Part shown: positions 50,938 through 51,336 of the stretch, piece by piece | Position numbering within the stretch: position 1 is the first letter of the stretch | Layout of the letters: every line of letters starts with the position of its first letter | IMG/VR virus record: IMGVR_UViG_3300027672_000019 | Coordinates: 1-51,336 of that record | Length of the DNA: 51,336 nt | Reading direction: 5' to 3' (one strand) | Origin: a virus | Taxonomy: Duplodnaviria > Caudoviricetes | Notes under the pieces: model-generated | Database searches by the model: none | The model's input: the letters and a program-made list of their open reading frames with translations, nothing else | What the model was told of the DNA's origin: nothing | Translations under genes and position numbers: made by a program

Positions 50938-51336
50938 TATTAGAAACATTTAATGACAAAACAATTACGTCAAAACAACATAACTCATTAACTAACTTAT
51001 CGCAGTTAGCAAGTATGCTAGATGATCCTGCAGCAAAAAATTATGATATTGTAGATTGGCATCACAAAAATGATACACTTCTTTATGCTTTCTTTAATAA
51101 AAAAAGATTTGATGTGTTTAACATATTGCACCACAACGGAACTCCAATAGCAATGGCAGGAGCATATGTTTTCAATCATGTGCCTATTATTGGGGTTAGA
51201 ACATTTACGCATCCTGACTATAGAGGAGGAGGCTACTGGTGCCAAGCTAGGCATATACTTCCTGCACAAATTGATTATTATGAAAATTTAGGATACAAAA
51301 AAGTATGGTTAACTTTTAATAGTTATAATAAAAAAT
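50934..51336 (+). CDS. GNAT-like acyltransferase (truncated by the window end)
   Basis: Not in the ORF track. Open frame from ATG 50934 (ATGA overlap) to the end: ...NGTPIAMAGAY...GVRTFTHPDYRGGG...LGYKKVWLTFN, containing a GNAT motif A-like HPxYRGxG. Confidence 0.6.
   Translation, partial: MILETFNDKTITSKQHNSLTNLSQLASMLDDPAAKNYDIVDWHHKNDTLLYAFFNKKRFDVFNILHHNGTPIAMAGAYVFNHVPIIGVRTFTHPDYRGGGYWCQARHILPAQIDYYENLGYKKVWLTFNSYNKK

Noticed and set aside
956-51269. Numerous short antisense or alternate-frame ORFs in the track (e.g. 1295-1615, 5447-5827, 20907-21647, 32255-32845, 51018-51269)
   Set aside because: They overlap long, motif-bearing genes, lack recognisable motifs, and read as shadows of biased codon usage.
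36647-51336. Host LPS/capsule cluster joined by misassembly or at a prophage boundary
   Set aside because: No flippase, polymerase, ABC exporter or membrane priming transferase is visible, and there is no att or integrase. The promoter style matches the phage promoters at 358 and 1266. Read mapping would be the definitive check.
1-51336. tRNA, rRNA or CRISPR arrays
   Set aside because: All intergenic gaps are under about 85 nt and occupied by promoter/RBS motifs, and no repeat-spacer periodicity was seen.

Overview
This window is a fragment of a large T4-superfamily-related (likely jumbo) myophage genome. It is AT-rich, densely coding in the standard genetic code, and shows no tRNA, CRISPR or mobile element. 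It has three parts. (1) A short minus-strand block (1-1242) holds a truncated gp47-like Mre11/SbcD nuclease and a gp55-like late sigma factor, each behind a near-consensus sigma70 promoter. (2) A plus-strand virion module (1326-36572) with repeated TAAATA late-promoter-like motifs encodes a tube-initiator-like protein, gp53-like LysM protein, gp27-like hub, gp5-like spike with a C-terminal VgrG3-like muramidase domain, gp25, gp6, a 5106-aa baseplate/adhesion protein, three paralogous fibre proteins and two paralogous structural proteins. (3) From 36589 to the window end runs a tightly coupled enzyme operon with its own sigma70 promoter: a possible fibre-assembly chaperone, about seven glycosyltransferase-like genes in three paralogue sets, a divergent NDP-sugar 6-dehydrogenase, a SAM methyltransferase, two N-terminal-twitch radical SAM enzymes, two 2OG-Fe(II) oxygenases and a truncated GNAT. 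The best candidate for an undescribed system is this operon, read as a phage-encoded pathway that builds and tailors a glycan, possibly on the virion's own baseplate or fibre proteins. All family assignments come from motif recognition by eye, not database searches.
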